Source: Bacteroidota bacterium (GTDB lineage: Bacteria > Bacteroidota > Bacteroidia > Cytophagales > ES-bin-26). From it: a stretch of DNA of 30,610 nucleotides. The DNA lies in contig JAZKGK010000153.1 of assembly GCA_040385915.1 (NCBI GenBank), positions 12,466 through 43,075 on the forward strand, given 5' to 3'. This document shows positions 16,564-24,972 of this stretch, one piece after another. Under the pieces are notes generated by a model that searched no databases, was not told where the DNA came from, and saw only the letters and a list, made by a program, of their open reading frames with translations. Numbering within the stretch: position 1 is the stretch's first letter; each line of letters starts with the position of its first letter. The translations under genes were made by a program, and so were the position numbers.

Positions 16564-17607
16564 TTATTGTTTCGGTCTCAACTCGCGCACTTTGGCGCCA
16601 GTCTGCCACATTTCTGAATCGTGGATTTCCTGCAATTCGGCTTCCAACTTCACCCGGTAATCAGGCTGGCTGTTGGTAGCGATAGAACGAGCAGCTTCCT
16701 GACCGGTAGCTACTTTTTCGTACAGTTCTTCAAATACAGGCAAGGTAGCCTCGCGGAACTTGTGTCTCCAATCTAAGGCGCCACGTTGCGCAGTAGTAGA
16801 GCAGTTGGCGTACATCCAATCCATGCCGTTTTCAGATACCAGTCTGATCAAGCTTTCTGTCAATTCTTCTACGGTTTCGTTGAAAGCCTCGCTTGGCGAA
16901 TGGCCTTTTCTACGCAAAGTATCGTATTGCGCTTCCATTACACCAGCCAAAGCACCCATCAAGATACCCCGTTCGCCAGTCAAGTCGCTGTATACTTCTT
17001 TTTCAAAAGTAGTTTCAAACAAATAGCCAGAACCTACGCCAATACCCAGCGCCGTTACTGTGTCTAAAGCCTTGCCAGAAGCATCTTGGAAAATAGCAAA
17101 GCTGGAGTTCAATCCCTTGCCTTGCAAGAACAAGCGACGAAGGCTAGTTCCTGAACCTTTAGGAGCAACCAATACTACATCCACATCAGCGGGTGGAACG
17201 ATGCCGGTTTGGTCTTTATAAGTAATGCCGAAGCCGTGAGAGAAATAAAGCGTTTTGCCTTTGGTAAGGTATTTCTTTACGGTAGGCCACAGAGCAATTT
17301 GTGCTGCATCGGAAAGTAAAAAGCAAATGATCGTGCCTTTTTCTAACGCTTCTTCGATAGAAAGAAGTGTTTTTCCTTCTACAAAGCCATCAGCTTTAGC
17401 CTTATCCCAAGATTTGGAAGGTTGGCGTTGTCCTACAATCACATTAAAACCGTTGTCTTTCAGGTTTAGCGCTTGTCCAGGACCTTGCACCCCGTAGCCG
17501 ATAACGGCAATGACTTCATCTTTTAATGTTTGTCTCGCTTTTTCTAAGGGAAATTCTTCCCGCGTCACTACATTCTCTTCGACTCCGCCGAAATTAATTG
17601 TTGCCAT
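16564..17607 (-). CDS. ilvC: Ketol-acid reductoisomerase (class I, NADP+)
   Basis: 347 aa. Begins MATINFGG…, with the GxGxQG dinucleotide motif (VIGYGVQGPGQALNL) and KARI catalytic-domain conservation. Confidence 0.95.
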   Translation of the reverse strand: MATINFGGVEENVVTREEFPLEKARQTLKDEVIAVIGYGVQGPGQALNLKDNGFNVIVGQRQPSKSWDKAKADGFVEGKTLLSIEEALEKGTIICFLLSDAAQIALWPTVKKYLTKGKTLYFSHGFGITYKDQTGIVPPADVDVVLVAPKGSGTSLRRLFLQGKGLNSSFAIFQDASGKALDTVTALGIGVGSGYLFETTFEKEVYSDLTGERGILMGALAGVMEAQYDTLRRKGHSPSEAFNETVEELTESLIRLVSENGMDWMYANCSTTAQRGALDWRHKFREATLPVFEELYEKVATGQEAARSIATNSQPDYRVKLEAELQEIHDSEMWQTGAKVRELRPKQ

Positions 17608-17678
17608 GATAATAGTTAAACTGTTGGATTATAAAAAGTTGTATGATAAAATACTGAATCAGATGCAAAAGTAAAGAA

Positions 17679-17912
17679 TTATGCTTTGGTTACGGTAGTG
17701 ATGTCCAAAGTACGCATCATATTTTTAAACACTTGCTCGGCAATCAGCGGCTCCTCTTCGAAAGCAACGGTACAAACAGCCGTGGTTTCTGTCTCGCGCT
17801 GGTAGCTCAAACTTGTGACCCGCATACCCCTTTTGCGAATGGGCATTAAGATTCGGTCAATCATTTCGGGCGTATGGTGGCAGGCAATGTGCCAGGTATG
17901 TAATTCTTTCAT
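17679..17912 (-). CDS. ilvM: Acetolactate synthase small (regulatory) subunit, short IlvM-type, single ACT domain
   Basis: 77 aa. 'HTPEMIDRILMPIRKRGMRVTSLSY' parallels E. coli IlvM 'FNPETLERVLRVVRHRGFHVCSMNM'. Sits 3 bp downstream of the large-subunit gene. Confidence 0.7.
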   Translation of the reverse strand: MKELHTWHIACHHTPEMIDRILMPIRKRGMRVTSLSYQRETETTAVCTVAFEEEPLIAEQVFKNMMRTLDITTVTKA

Positions 17913-17915
17913 GGC

Positions 17916-19658
17916 TTATCTGGTAATCAGCTGCGTTTTTTGTTTGGCGTGTAATTCTTCGCCTTCGGGATAATAAATGGTATCGCTTAGGGTAGTTCCT
18001 GGTGCAATCATAGGCAATACGTTGTCTTCTTTCACCACCTTGGCATGAATCAGGAATGGCCCTTTGGCATTGCTTGCCAGGTGCAGCGCTTCTTTATATT
18101 CTTCTACGGTAGAAGCACAAACAGCATCAATACCGTATGCTTTAGCCAGCATCACAAAGTCCGGATTCATCAGATTCACTCCTGAGTAGTTACCAGCCCA
18201 GAATTGCTCCTGCCACTGGCGTACCATTCCCAGATAATTATTGTCCAGAATAAGAACCCGTATGGGATAATTTTCCTGCACGCAAGTCATCAACTCCTGG
18301 ATGTTCATCTGAATGGAACCATCGCCGGAAATGCACCACACCTGATTACCAGGAGCTGCCGCTTGAGCGCCCATGGCCGCAGGTAGGCCAAAGCCCATCG
18401 TACCCAAACCAGCCGAAGTAAGGAAGCGGTTAGGATTCATGCGGGTAACGTACTGTGCTGCCCACATCTGGTGCTGGCCTACATCAGTCGATACAATCGC
18501 ATCTTCGTCCATCACTTCGTTGAGTACATCCAGTGCCGTAATCATGTTGAAAACATCATGGTTGGCTTCTTTGAACGGGTACTTGGCGCGCTGCTGGTCT
18601 AAATGCTCTACCCACTGACGACGAACGCGCAGATTTTCGCGGGTACGGGTGTCTGGTATTGCTTGCAAAGCCCGTTTTACATCCGCGTGTAAAAATACGT
18701 TTGCCCGTACGTTTTTGCTGTTTTCGCTCTTGTCAATATCTATGTGAACAACTTTGGCATTTGGCGCAAACTTGTCGAGCTTCCCCGTAATACGATCATC
18801 AAAGCGCATCCCTACCGCAATCAGTAAATCTGCCTGCTGCACGGCATCATTGGCGTATTTGGTTCCGTGCATTCCCAACCAAGAGAAGTACAGCGGATCA
18901 TTGTGTTTCAGTACTCCAATCCCCAAAATGGTAGAAATGGTCGGAAGGTGTTCACGTTTGATAAAATCGCGGAACTCCTGGCAAGCATCAGAAAGTATAA
19001 TTCCGTGTCCGGCCAAAATCAAAGGCTTCTTGGCTTCCGATATCAGCTTAACCGCTTGGGCGATCTGCTCGTCATCGGTATTGAATAACCGCTCTCTTTG
19101 GGGAATGGTATAGTGTTGTTCCCAATCGGCATCTAACTCAATTGTAGCTACTTGTACATCGCGGGGAATATCTACCAATACCGGACCAGGTCTGCCACTA
19201 ATGGCTGTCAGGTAAGCATCCTGCAAAATGCCAGGTACTTCGCTCAGGTGACGCGCGATATAGGTACGCTTGGTAATAGGCATGCAAATACCCGTGATGT
19301 CCGTTTCCTGAAAAGCATCGGAGCCAATCAAAGGGCCGGCTACCTGCCCGGTAATGGCAATCATCGGAATAGAGTCGGCAAAGGCATCGGCAATACCCGT
19401 AACCATATTAGTAGCCCCAGGGCCAGAAGTAGACAGGCAAAAGCCTGGCTTACCTTTTACCCGCGCATAACCATTGGCGGCTAGTGCTCCGCCCTGTTCG
19501 TGGCGTACCAGAATGTTTTTTACTTTGCTGAAGGCGAGTGCATCATAAATGGGTAGGATGGCACCACCAGGATAAGCGAATAGATTATCCGCTCCTAAAC
19601 ATTCCAGCAACTTAACGATGTAATCGGCGCCTCTGAGTTTGATCTTGTCGTTTTCCAT
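17916..19658 (-). CDS. ilvB: Acetolactate synthase large (catalytic) subunit, biosynthetic type (ThDP/FAD)
   Basis: 580 aa. N-terminal ThDP-pyrimidine domain (GYARVKGKPGFCLSTSGPGATNMVTGIADA) and ThDP-binding motif (ISGDGSIQMNIQEL…). Confidence 0.95.
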   Translation of the reverse strand: MENDKIKLRGADYIVKLLECLGADNLFAYPGGAILPIYDALAFSKVKNILVRHEQGGALAANGYARVKGKPGFCLSTSGPGATNMVTGIADAFADSIPMIAITGQVAGPLIGSDAFQETDITGICMPITKRTYIARHLSEVPGILQDAYLTAISGRPGPVLVDIPRDVQVATIELDADWEQHYTIPQRERLFNTDDEQIAQAVKLISEAKKPLILAGHGIILSDACQEFRDFIKREHLPTISTILGIGVLKHNDPLYFSWLGMHGTKYANDAVQQADLLIAVGMRFDDRITGKLDKFAPNAKVVHIDIDKSENSKNVRANVFLHADVKRALQAIPDTRTRENLRVRRQWVEHLDQQRAKYPFKEANHDVFNMITALDVLNEVMDEDAIVSTDVGQHQMWAAQYVTRMNPNRFLTSAGLGTMGFGLPAAMGAQAAAPGNQVWCISGDGSIQMNIQELMTCVQENYPIRVLILDNNYLGMVRQWQEQFWAGNYSGVNLMNPDFVMLAKAYGIDAVCASTVEEYKEALHLASNAKGPFLIHAKVVKEDNVLPMIAPGTTLSDTIYYPEGEELHAKQKTQLITR

Positions 19659-19731
19659 TGTTTCTCGGTTGAATGATCTTGCGTATCTAACTGATTGACA
19701 CGTATGTAAGCGAATAATCGATGGTTTTTAT

Positions 19732-21429
19732 TTATTCGTCCGTGACACAACCTTCCGAGGCCGATGAAACGGATCTGATATATTTCTTCAGAATACCAAT
19801 CGTAGCTTTTAGCGGAGGAGCCACCCATTCCGAACGACGATGCGCTAGTTCTGCATCGCTCACCGCTACGTCTATCGTATTATTTACGGCATCTACTGTA
19901 ATGATATCACCATCGCGAACCAGCGCAATGTTTCCGCCATCCTGGGCTTCCGGCGCGATGTGTCCTACCACAAAACCGTGCGTACCACCAGAAAAACGGC
20001 CATCCGTAATCAGGGCTACGGCATTACCCAAACCTGCGCCAATCAAAGCGGAAGTAGGTTTAAGCATTTCGGGCATTCCGGGGCCACCTTTTGGGCCTAC
20101 GTAGCGAATCACGACTACTTCGCCTGGTTTCACTCCACCAGCCTCAATAATTTCCAGCACTTCCGTTTCCGAATCCGCCACGCGGGCAGGTCCGGTAAAT
20201 TTCTCTCCCTCTTTACCCGTAATCTTGGCTACAGATCCTTCGGTGGCGAGGTTGCCGTACAAAATCTGTATATGGCCGGTTGGTTTAATCGGCTTATTCA
20301 AAGGATAGATCACTTGTTGTCCTTCTAAAAGATCAGGAAAGGCTTCCAGGTTTTCGCTGAGGGTTTTTCCGGTGACAGTCAGGCAATGACCGTGCAGGAA
20401 ACCCTCGCGTAGCAATAGCTTCAAGACGGCTGCCGTACCACCCACCTTAAACAAATCTTCCATCAGGTATTTGCCACTTGGCTTCAAATCGGCCAGGAAA
20501 GGCGTTTTATCGCTGATGCGTTGGAAATCGGCTAATGTAAATGAAATGCCAACGGCTTTCGCCATCGCTATCAGGTGGAGTACTGCATTGGTAGAGCCAC
20601 CCAGGGCAATCGTTAATGTGAAAGCATTTTCAAACGCTTCGAAAGTCATAATGTCTTTCGGGCAAATGTTATTTTCTAATAAATAACGAACCGCTTTCCC
20701 TGCTTGCCGACATTCCGCTTTTTTCTCTGGACTAGTCGCCGGAAAAGAGGAGCTATTAGGTAAACTCATGCCCAATGCTTCAATGGCCGCAGCCATCGTA
20801 TTGGCCGTATACATACCGCCACAAGCACCAGCGCCTGGGCAGGCATTTTTGATAACGCCTTTGTAATCTTCCTCACTAATAGTACCTGCTATCTTTTGCC
20901 CTAAAGCTTCGAAAGCGGAGACAACATTAAGGTTTTCGTTTTTATATACCCCAGGCCGAATAGTCCCTCCATATACCAGCACTGCTGGGCGGTTGAGTCT
21001 TCCGAGGGCGATCATCGCACCGGGCATGTTTTTATCGCAACCAACAATGGGCACGATGGCATCGTACCATTGGGCACTGGCTACCGTTTCGATAGAGTCG
21101 GCAATAATGTCGCGAGAAGGCAAGGAAAAAGACATCCCGGTGGTTCCCATCGACATCCCGTCGCTTACCCCAATGGTATGAAAAATCAGCCCCAGCATTT
21201 CAGATTCCTGGATTCCCAATTTAATTTGAGCTGCCAAGGCATTGAGGTGCATATTGCAAGGATTGCCTTCCCAGCCGGTGCTGGCAATACCCACTTGCGC
21301 TTTTTTGAAGTCTTCATCCTTTAACCCAATGGCATATAGCATGGCTTGGGCAGCAGGTTGCGTAGGGTCTTGCGTGATGCGTCGACTATAGCTATTGATG
21401 GCTTTTTCTTCGAGAGTAGTCTTACTCAT
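19732..21429 (-). CDS. ilvD: Dihydroxy-acid dehydratase
   Basis: 565 aa. ILVD/EDD signature ([15 protein letters not shown]…) and Fe-S ligands. Confidence 0.95.
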   Translation of the reverse strand: MSKTTLEEKAINSYSRRITQDPTQPAAQAMLYAIGLKDEDFKKAQVGIASTGWEGNPCNMHLNALAAQIKLGIQESEMLGLIFHTIGVSDGMSMGTTGMSFSLPSRDIIADSIETVASAQWYDAIVPIVGCDKNMPGAMIALGRLNRPAVLVYGGTIRPGVYKNENLNVVSAFEALGQKIAGTISEEDYKGVIKNACPGAGACGGMYTANTMAAAIEALGMSLPNSSSFPATSPEKKAECRQAGKAVRYLLENNICPKDIMTFEAFENAFTLTIALGGSTNAVLHLIAMAKAVGISFTLADFQRISDKTPFLADLKPSGKYLMEDLFKVGGTAAVLKLLLREGFLHGHCLTVTGKTLSENLEAFPDLLEGQQVIYPLNKPIKPTGHIQILYGNLATEGSVAKITGKEGEKFTGPARVADSETEVLEIIEAGGVKPGEVVVIRYVGPKGGPGMPEMLKPTSALIGAGLGNAVALITDGRFSGGTHGFVVGHIAPEAQDGGNIALVRDGDIITVDAVNNTIDVAVSDAELAHRRSEWVAPPLKATIGILKKYIRSVSSASEGCVTDE

Positions 21430-21475
21430 GGGATAATTGAAACGGTTAAAAATGGCTATTTAATGACTAGCCTGA

Positions 21476-21513
21476 ATACCAAAAGAGCCTTTCTCTTAGG
21501 GAGACAGGCTCTT
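21476..21513 (-). terminator. Attenuator terminator hairpin in the ilv leader (minus strand: AAGAGCCUgucucccuaagagaaAGGCUCUUUUGG)
   Basis: 8-bp GC-rich stem, extendable through an inner ucuc/gaga pairing, followed by a UUUU tract. Located 47 nt upstream of the ilvD ATG and 28 nt downstream of the leader ORF stop. Confidence 0.55.
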
Positions 21514-21541
21514 AATAAATTATGGTGAAGCCTTCCCCCTG

Positions 21542-21607
21542 TCAGGTAATCAGGAAAATGACCACAATGAGCAAAAGCTCAAAACTATGGAAAGGCGTAA
21601 ACTTCAT
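21542..21607 (-). CDS. Candidate ilv leader peptide (21 aa: MKFTPFHSFELLLIVVIFLIT)
   Basis: Small ORF on the ilv strand. Its run LLLIVVIFLI is 9 of 10 Leu/Ile/Val codons. It is followed by the terminator hairpin. An upstream AGGCU (in GGAAGGCUUC) can pair with the terminator's left arm AGCCU, a possible antiterminator alternative. Confidence 0.5.
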   Translation of the reverse strand: MKFTPFHSFELLLIVVIFLIT

Positions 21608-21960
21608 TAGTTAGGTATTTGTGCAAAGATTCGGCATATTTTTCAGAATAGCAATATAAATATTGAAAATTAATGATTGTGTAAAATTAAAAAGATGTCA
21701 TTGGCACTATTGTCCAATCTTTTCGTTTAAAATTTAAAAATTTATTCACACATATTTGTGAAAATTAAACTTTCCAGATCTTATATTAGCTGCTTGTCTT
21801 ACTTGCTTTTTCTCTGCTGCTCATCCATTCCAGCCCTATCATCCCCTGGTTTTGCTATTTAATTTAGCTTGAATCTTACCGACTATCAAAAGTTGAATTT
21901 TCACTCCTTGTAATCTACCCCAAAATTGCTAGTATTGAACATTGTTTCAAAACAAGATCC

Positions 21961-22629
21961 ATGAAAGAATTACTCGATTGGGCATTTATTTCCATTAATT
22001 TTCCGCTCACCCTCCTATTACTGGTTATTCTGTTGTACTGGCTTACCGTAATTGTCGGCCTGATCGATTTCAGCTTTCTTCATTTCGACATAGATGCGGA
22101 CATTCATATAGATGGTCATGCGCATGTGCATCTGGAGAAAAACATCCATGTAGATGTAAAAGCGAAACAAAGTCTCTTCACTTCTCTGCTTAATTTTTTC
22201 AATTTGGGAAAAGTGCCTTTCATGATTTTCCTTAGCTTCATGGTTTTATTTATGTGGAGCGGTAGTATTCTAGGGAATTATTACCTCCATAATCAATCGG
22301 TCGGTTTTGCCCTGTTGCTGCTCATTCCCAACTTTATTAGCAGCCTGTTTCTGACCAAGTTTCTTACGTTTCCCCTCATTCACGTTTTTTCTGATGGCAA
22401 AAATGAATTTGAAGCCAATAGTGATTTGATTGGCAAGCCTTGTACACTCCTGCTCTCGGCCACGGAACAGAAAGTGGGTCAGGCAGAAGTGCTATCCGCT
22501 ACGGGTGCGCCGCTGTTACTGACAGTGAAAACCACCACCGGACACCAACTCAAACGAGGCGAAAGAGGGCTGGTGATTGATTATGACCCAGTCACGCACA
22601 CCTACTTAATAGAACCATTTGACCAATAA
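21961..22629 (+). CDS. NfeD/YqiJ-like membrane protein (N-terminal TM helices plus C-terminal NfeD-type OB-fold)
   Basis: 222 aa with three or four hydrophobic segments. The C-terminus 'GKPCTLLLSATEQKVGQAEVLSATGAPLLLTVKTTTGHQLKRGERGLVIDYDP' has the NfeD short-form beta-barrel pattern. It is immediately upstream of a flotillin gene, as in yqiJ-yqiK and nfeD-floT pairs. A His-rich stretch (HIDGHAHVHLEKNIHVD) is present. Confidence 0.65.
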   Translation: MKELLDWAFISINFPLTLLLLVILLYWLTVIVGLIDFSFLHFDIDADIHIDGHAHVHLEKNIHVDVKAKQSLFTSLLNFFNLGKVPFMIFLSFMVLFMWSGSILGNYYLHNQSVGFALLLLIPNFISSLFLTKFLTFPLIHVFSDGKNEFEANSDLIGKPCTLLLSATEQKVGQAEVLSATGAPLLLTVKTTTGHQLKRGERGLVIDYDPVTHTYLIEPFDQ

Positions 22630-22630
22630 A

Positions 22631-22687
22631 GTAAAGAGTTGAAAGTTGAGAGTAAAAAGCTTGAACTCTCAACTTTCAACTCTTTAC
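22631..22687 (+). promoter_or_regulatory. 23-bp perfect hairpin (11-nt loop) between the nfeD-like and flotillin genes
   Basis: gtaaagagttgaaagttgagagt (22631..22653) pairs with actctcaactttcaactctttac (22665..22687). Starts 2 nt after the upstream stop codon and ends 20 nt before the flotillin ATG. Followed by the U-rich tttcaacttaattt. Confidence 0.6.
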
Positions 22688-22707
22688 TTTCAACTTAATT
22701 TAAAACT

Positions 22708-24861
22708 ATGTTTGCAAATTTTATCATTGTAGTGGGCGTTATCGCTGCCGTTTTTTTATTAGGTTTTGTAGCCCTTATTGTCAGTTGCTATAAAAAGGTA
22801 AGCCAGGGAAAGGCTTTGGTCCGCACCGGTTTTGGTGATCTCACCGTTCGCTTCAATGCCATGTTCGTTTTTCCGGTACTTCACCAGCTGGAAATTATGG
22901 ACATCTCGCTCAAAACAGTGGAAATCAGCCGGACAGGGAAAGATGGTCTGATCTGTAAAGACAATATGCGGGCGGATATTAAAGTCGCCTTTTTTGTGCG
23001 GGTAAACAAAACGAAGGAAGATGTCGAGAAAGTAGCCCAGGCCATTGGTTGTGCCCGCGCTTCCGATTACGCCTTGCTACGCGAACTGTTTGAAGCCAAG
23101 TTTTCGGAAGGCTTGAAAACCATCGGCAAGCGGTTTGACTTCGTAGACTTATACGATTCGCGCGAAAAATTTAAGCTGGAAATTTTGGAAGCCATTGGAC
23201 GCGACCTCAATGGCTATGTACTAGACGATTGTGCCATCGATTACTTGGAACAAACGCCCATCACTTTCCTGAGCGAAGATAATATCCTGGATTCGGAAGG
23301 TATCAAGAAGATTGCCGACCTTACTGCCCAACAGAAGATCAAAGCCAACCAAATCCGGCGCGACGAGCAAAAGGTGATTACCAAGCAAAATGTGGAAGCC
23401 CGCGAAGCCATTCTGGAACTGGAACGCCAATTAGCTGAAAAAGAAGAAAAGCAGAAACGCGAAGTATTAGCCATCAAGTCCCGCGAAGAAGCTGAAACGA
23501 AGAAGATTGCTTCAGAAGAATTTATGAAGTCGGAACAGGCGCGCATCCGCACGGAAGAAGAATTGCAGGTGGCTGAGCAAAACAAGCAGCGGCAGGTAAT
23601 TGTGGCGACCAAGGCCAAGGAAAAAACCGAAGCGGTGGAAATTGAACGCGTGCAAAAGGAGCGTCAGTTGGAGGTAAATGAGCGCGAACGAATCGTAGAA
23701 CTGGCCCGGATTGAGAAAGACAAAGCCATTGAAGAAGAGAAAAAGAATATCCAGGATGTAATTAGAGAACGGGTAATTGTAGAAAAGGCCGTAGTAGTTG
23801 AAGAAGAAAAGATAAAAGACACGCGTGCCTTTGCCCTGGCCGAACGCGACAAGGCGGTCGCAATTAAGAATGCAGAAAAAGTAGCGGAAGAAGCGCTGGT
23901 ACAGCAAATCAAATCAGCAGAAGCCAGCAAACGCTCGGCTGAACTATACGCAGAGCAGTCAATTATGCAAGCGAATGCCGACCGCCAGGTGGCGGAGAAA
24001 TCTTCGGAAGCCAAAAAGATTATGGCGGCAGCCAAGACAATCGAAGAAGCGGCTACTGGTCTGGCCGAAGCACAAGTGATGGAAGCCAAGTCGCTTGCCC
24101 ACGAAAAACAGGGAACGGTTGAAGCCAATATTATTGAGAAGAAGGCCATTGCCGATGCCAAGGGAATCGAAGCCAAAGCATCTGCCCTCGAAAAGCAGGG
24201 ATTGACCGAAGCCAATGTACTGGAACAAAAGGGAAGCGCCGAAGCAAGAGTCATTTCTATAAAGGCTGCTTCTGTAAAAGAGCAAGGTCTGGCTGAAGCA
24301 GATGTTATGGAGAAAAAGGGTCTGGCCGAAGCCTTGCGTATCGAAGCTAGAGCCAACGCCACCAAACAGCTCGATGGCGTAGGCAAAGAGCACGAAGAGT
24401 TCAAGCTCCGTCTACAACAAGTTACGGACATCGAACTGGCCAAAATTAATATCCAGAAAGACATTGCCAATGCCCAAGCCAGTGTAATTAGCGAAGCTCT
24501 CAAAGCCTCTAACATCAACATTGTGGGTGGCGAAACGATGTTCTACGAAAATATTATGGGAGCCATCACCAAGGGCAAATCCATTGATAGCTTCGTGAGC
24601 AATAGCCAGGTAATCCAAGGCGTACAACACGCCCTGATGAATGGTAACGGCACCGACGGCTCTATGGGTGATAAAATCAAAAGGCTGGTGAATCAATTCG
24701 GGATCTCTTCCGAAGACGTGAAGAACCTGACGATCTCTGCCCTGCTCTTCAAAATGCTCAACCTGACTTCAGACGATGGCGTAAAAGGCCTGTTGAATGA
24801 CTTGATGCATACAGCTAAGAAGGATGGCCTTGGAGATAAAAAGGCTGGGACGGTGTTGTAG
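22708..24861 (+). CDS. Flotillin-like SPFH/Band-7 domain protein (YqiK/FloT type) with long coiled-coil and C-terminal EA-type 11-residue repeats
   Basis: 717 aa. N-terminal TM helix (IIVVGVIAAVFLLGFVALIV) followed by an SPFH domain. A long Glu/Lys/Ala-rich coiled coil follows. Repeated units (…EKKGLAEA…/…EQKGSAEA…/…EKQGLTEA…) are typical of flotillin. Confidence 0.85.
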   Translation: MFANFIIVVGVIAAVFLLGFVALIVSCYKKVSQGKALVRTGFGDLTVRFNAMFVFPVLHQLEIMDISLKTVEISRTGKDGLICKDNMRADIKVAFFVRVNKTKEDVEKVAQAIGCARASDYALLRELFEAKFSEGLKTIGKRFDFVDLYDSREKFKLEILEAIGRDLNGYVLDDCAIDYLEQTPITFLSEDNILDSEGIKKIADLTAQQKIKANQIRRDEQKVITKQNVEAREAILELERQLAEKEEKQKREVLAIKSREEAETKKIASEEFMKSEQARIRTEEELQVAEQNKQRQVIVATKAKEKTEAVEIERVQKERQLEVNERERIVELARIEKDKAIEEEKKNIQDVIRERVIVEKAVVVEEEKIKDTRAFALAERDKAVAIKNAEKVAEEALVQQIKSAEASKRSAELYAEQSIMQANADRQVAEKSSEAKKIMAAAKTIEEAATGLAEAQVMEAKSLAHEKQGTVEANIIEKKAIADAKGIEAKASALEKQGLTEANVLEQKGSAEARVISIKAASVKEQGLAEADVMEKKGLAEALRIEARANATKQLDGVGKEHEEFKLRLQQVTDIELAKINIQKDIANAQASVISEALKASNINIVGGETMFYENIMGAITKGKSIDSFVSNSQVIQGVQHALMNGNGTDGSMGDKIKRLVNQFGISSEDVKNLTISALLFKMLNLTSDDGVKGLLNDLMHTAKKDGLGDKKAGTVL

Positions 24862-24884
24862 ATCCATTCGTCAATCGTATTTAC

Positions 24885-24964
24885 GTAGGGGCAGGCAGAC
24901 GGCGATCCGGCTTGCCCCTGCCCTAAACAACCTGCATAAGGGCAGGGGCAAGCCCTGCCCCTAC
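24885..24964. repeat. GC-rich nested palindromic element between the flotillin and giant-ATPase genes
   Basis: ggcttgcccctgccct (24909..24924) pairs with agggcaggggcaagcc (24939..24954), a 16-bp perfect stem. An outer pair gtaggggcagg (24885..24895) / cctgcccctac (24954..24964) is also present. The motif gggcagggg occurs three times. Confidence 0.6.
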
Positions 24965-24972
24965 CTAATGTA

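Noticed and set aside
23221-24696. Several long minus-strand ORFs (up to 285 aa, Ser/Ala-rich) inside the flotillin gene
   Set aside because: They are antisense to the GAA/GCC/AAG-rich repeat codons of the flotillin coiled coil (E/A/K give S/A/F-rich reverse frames). This is a classic repeat-induced shadow ORF pattern.
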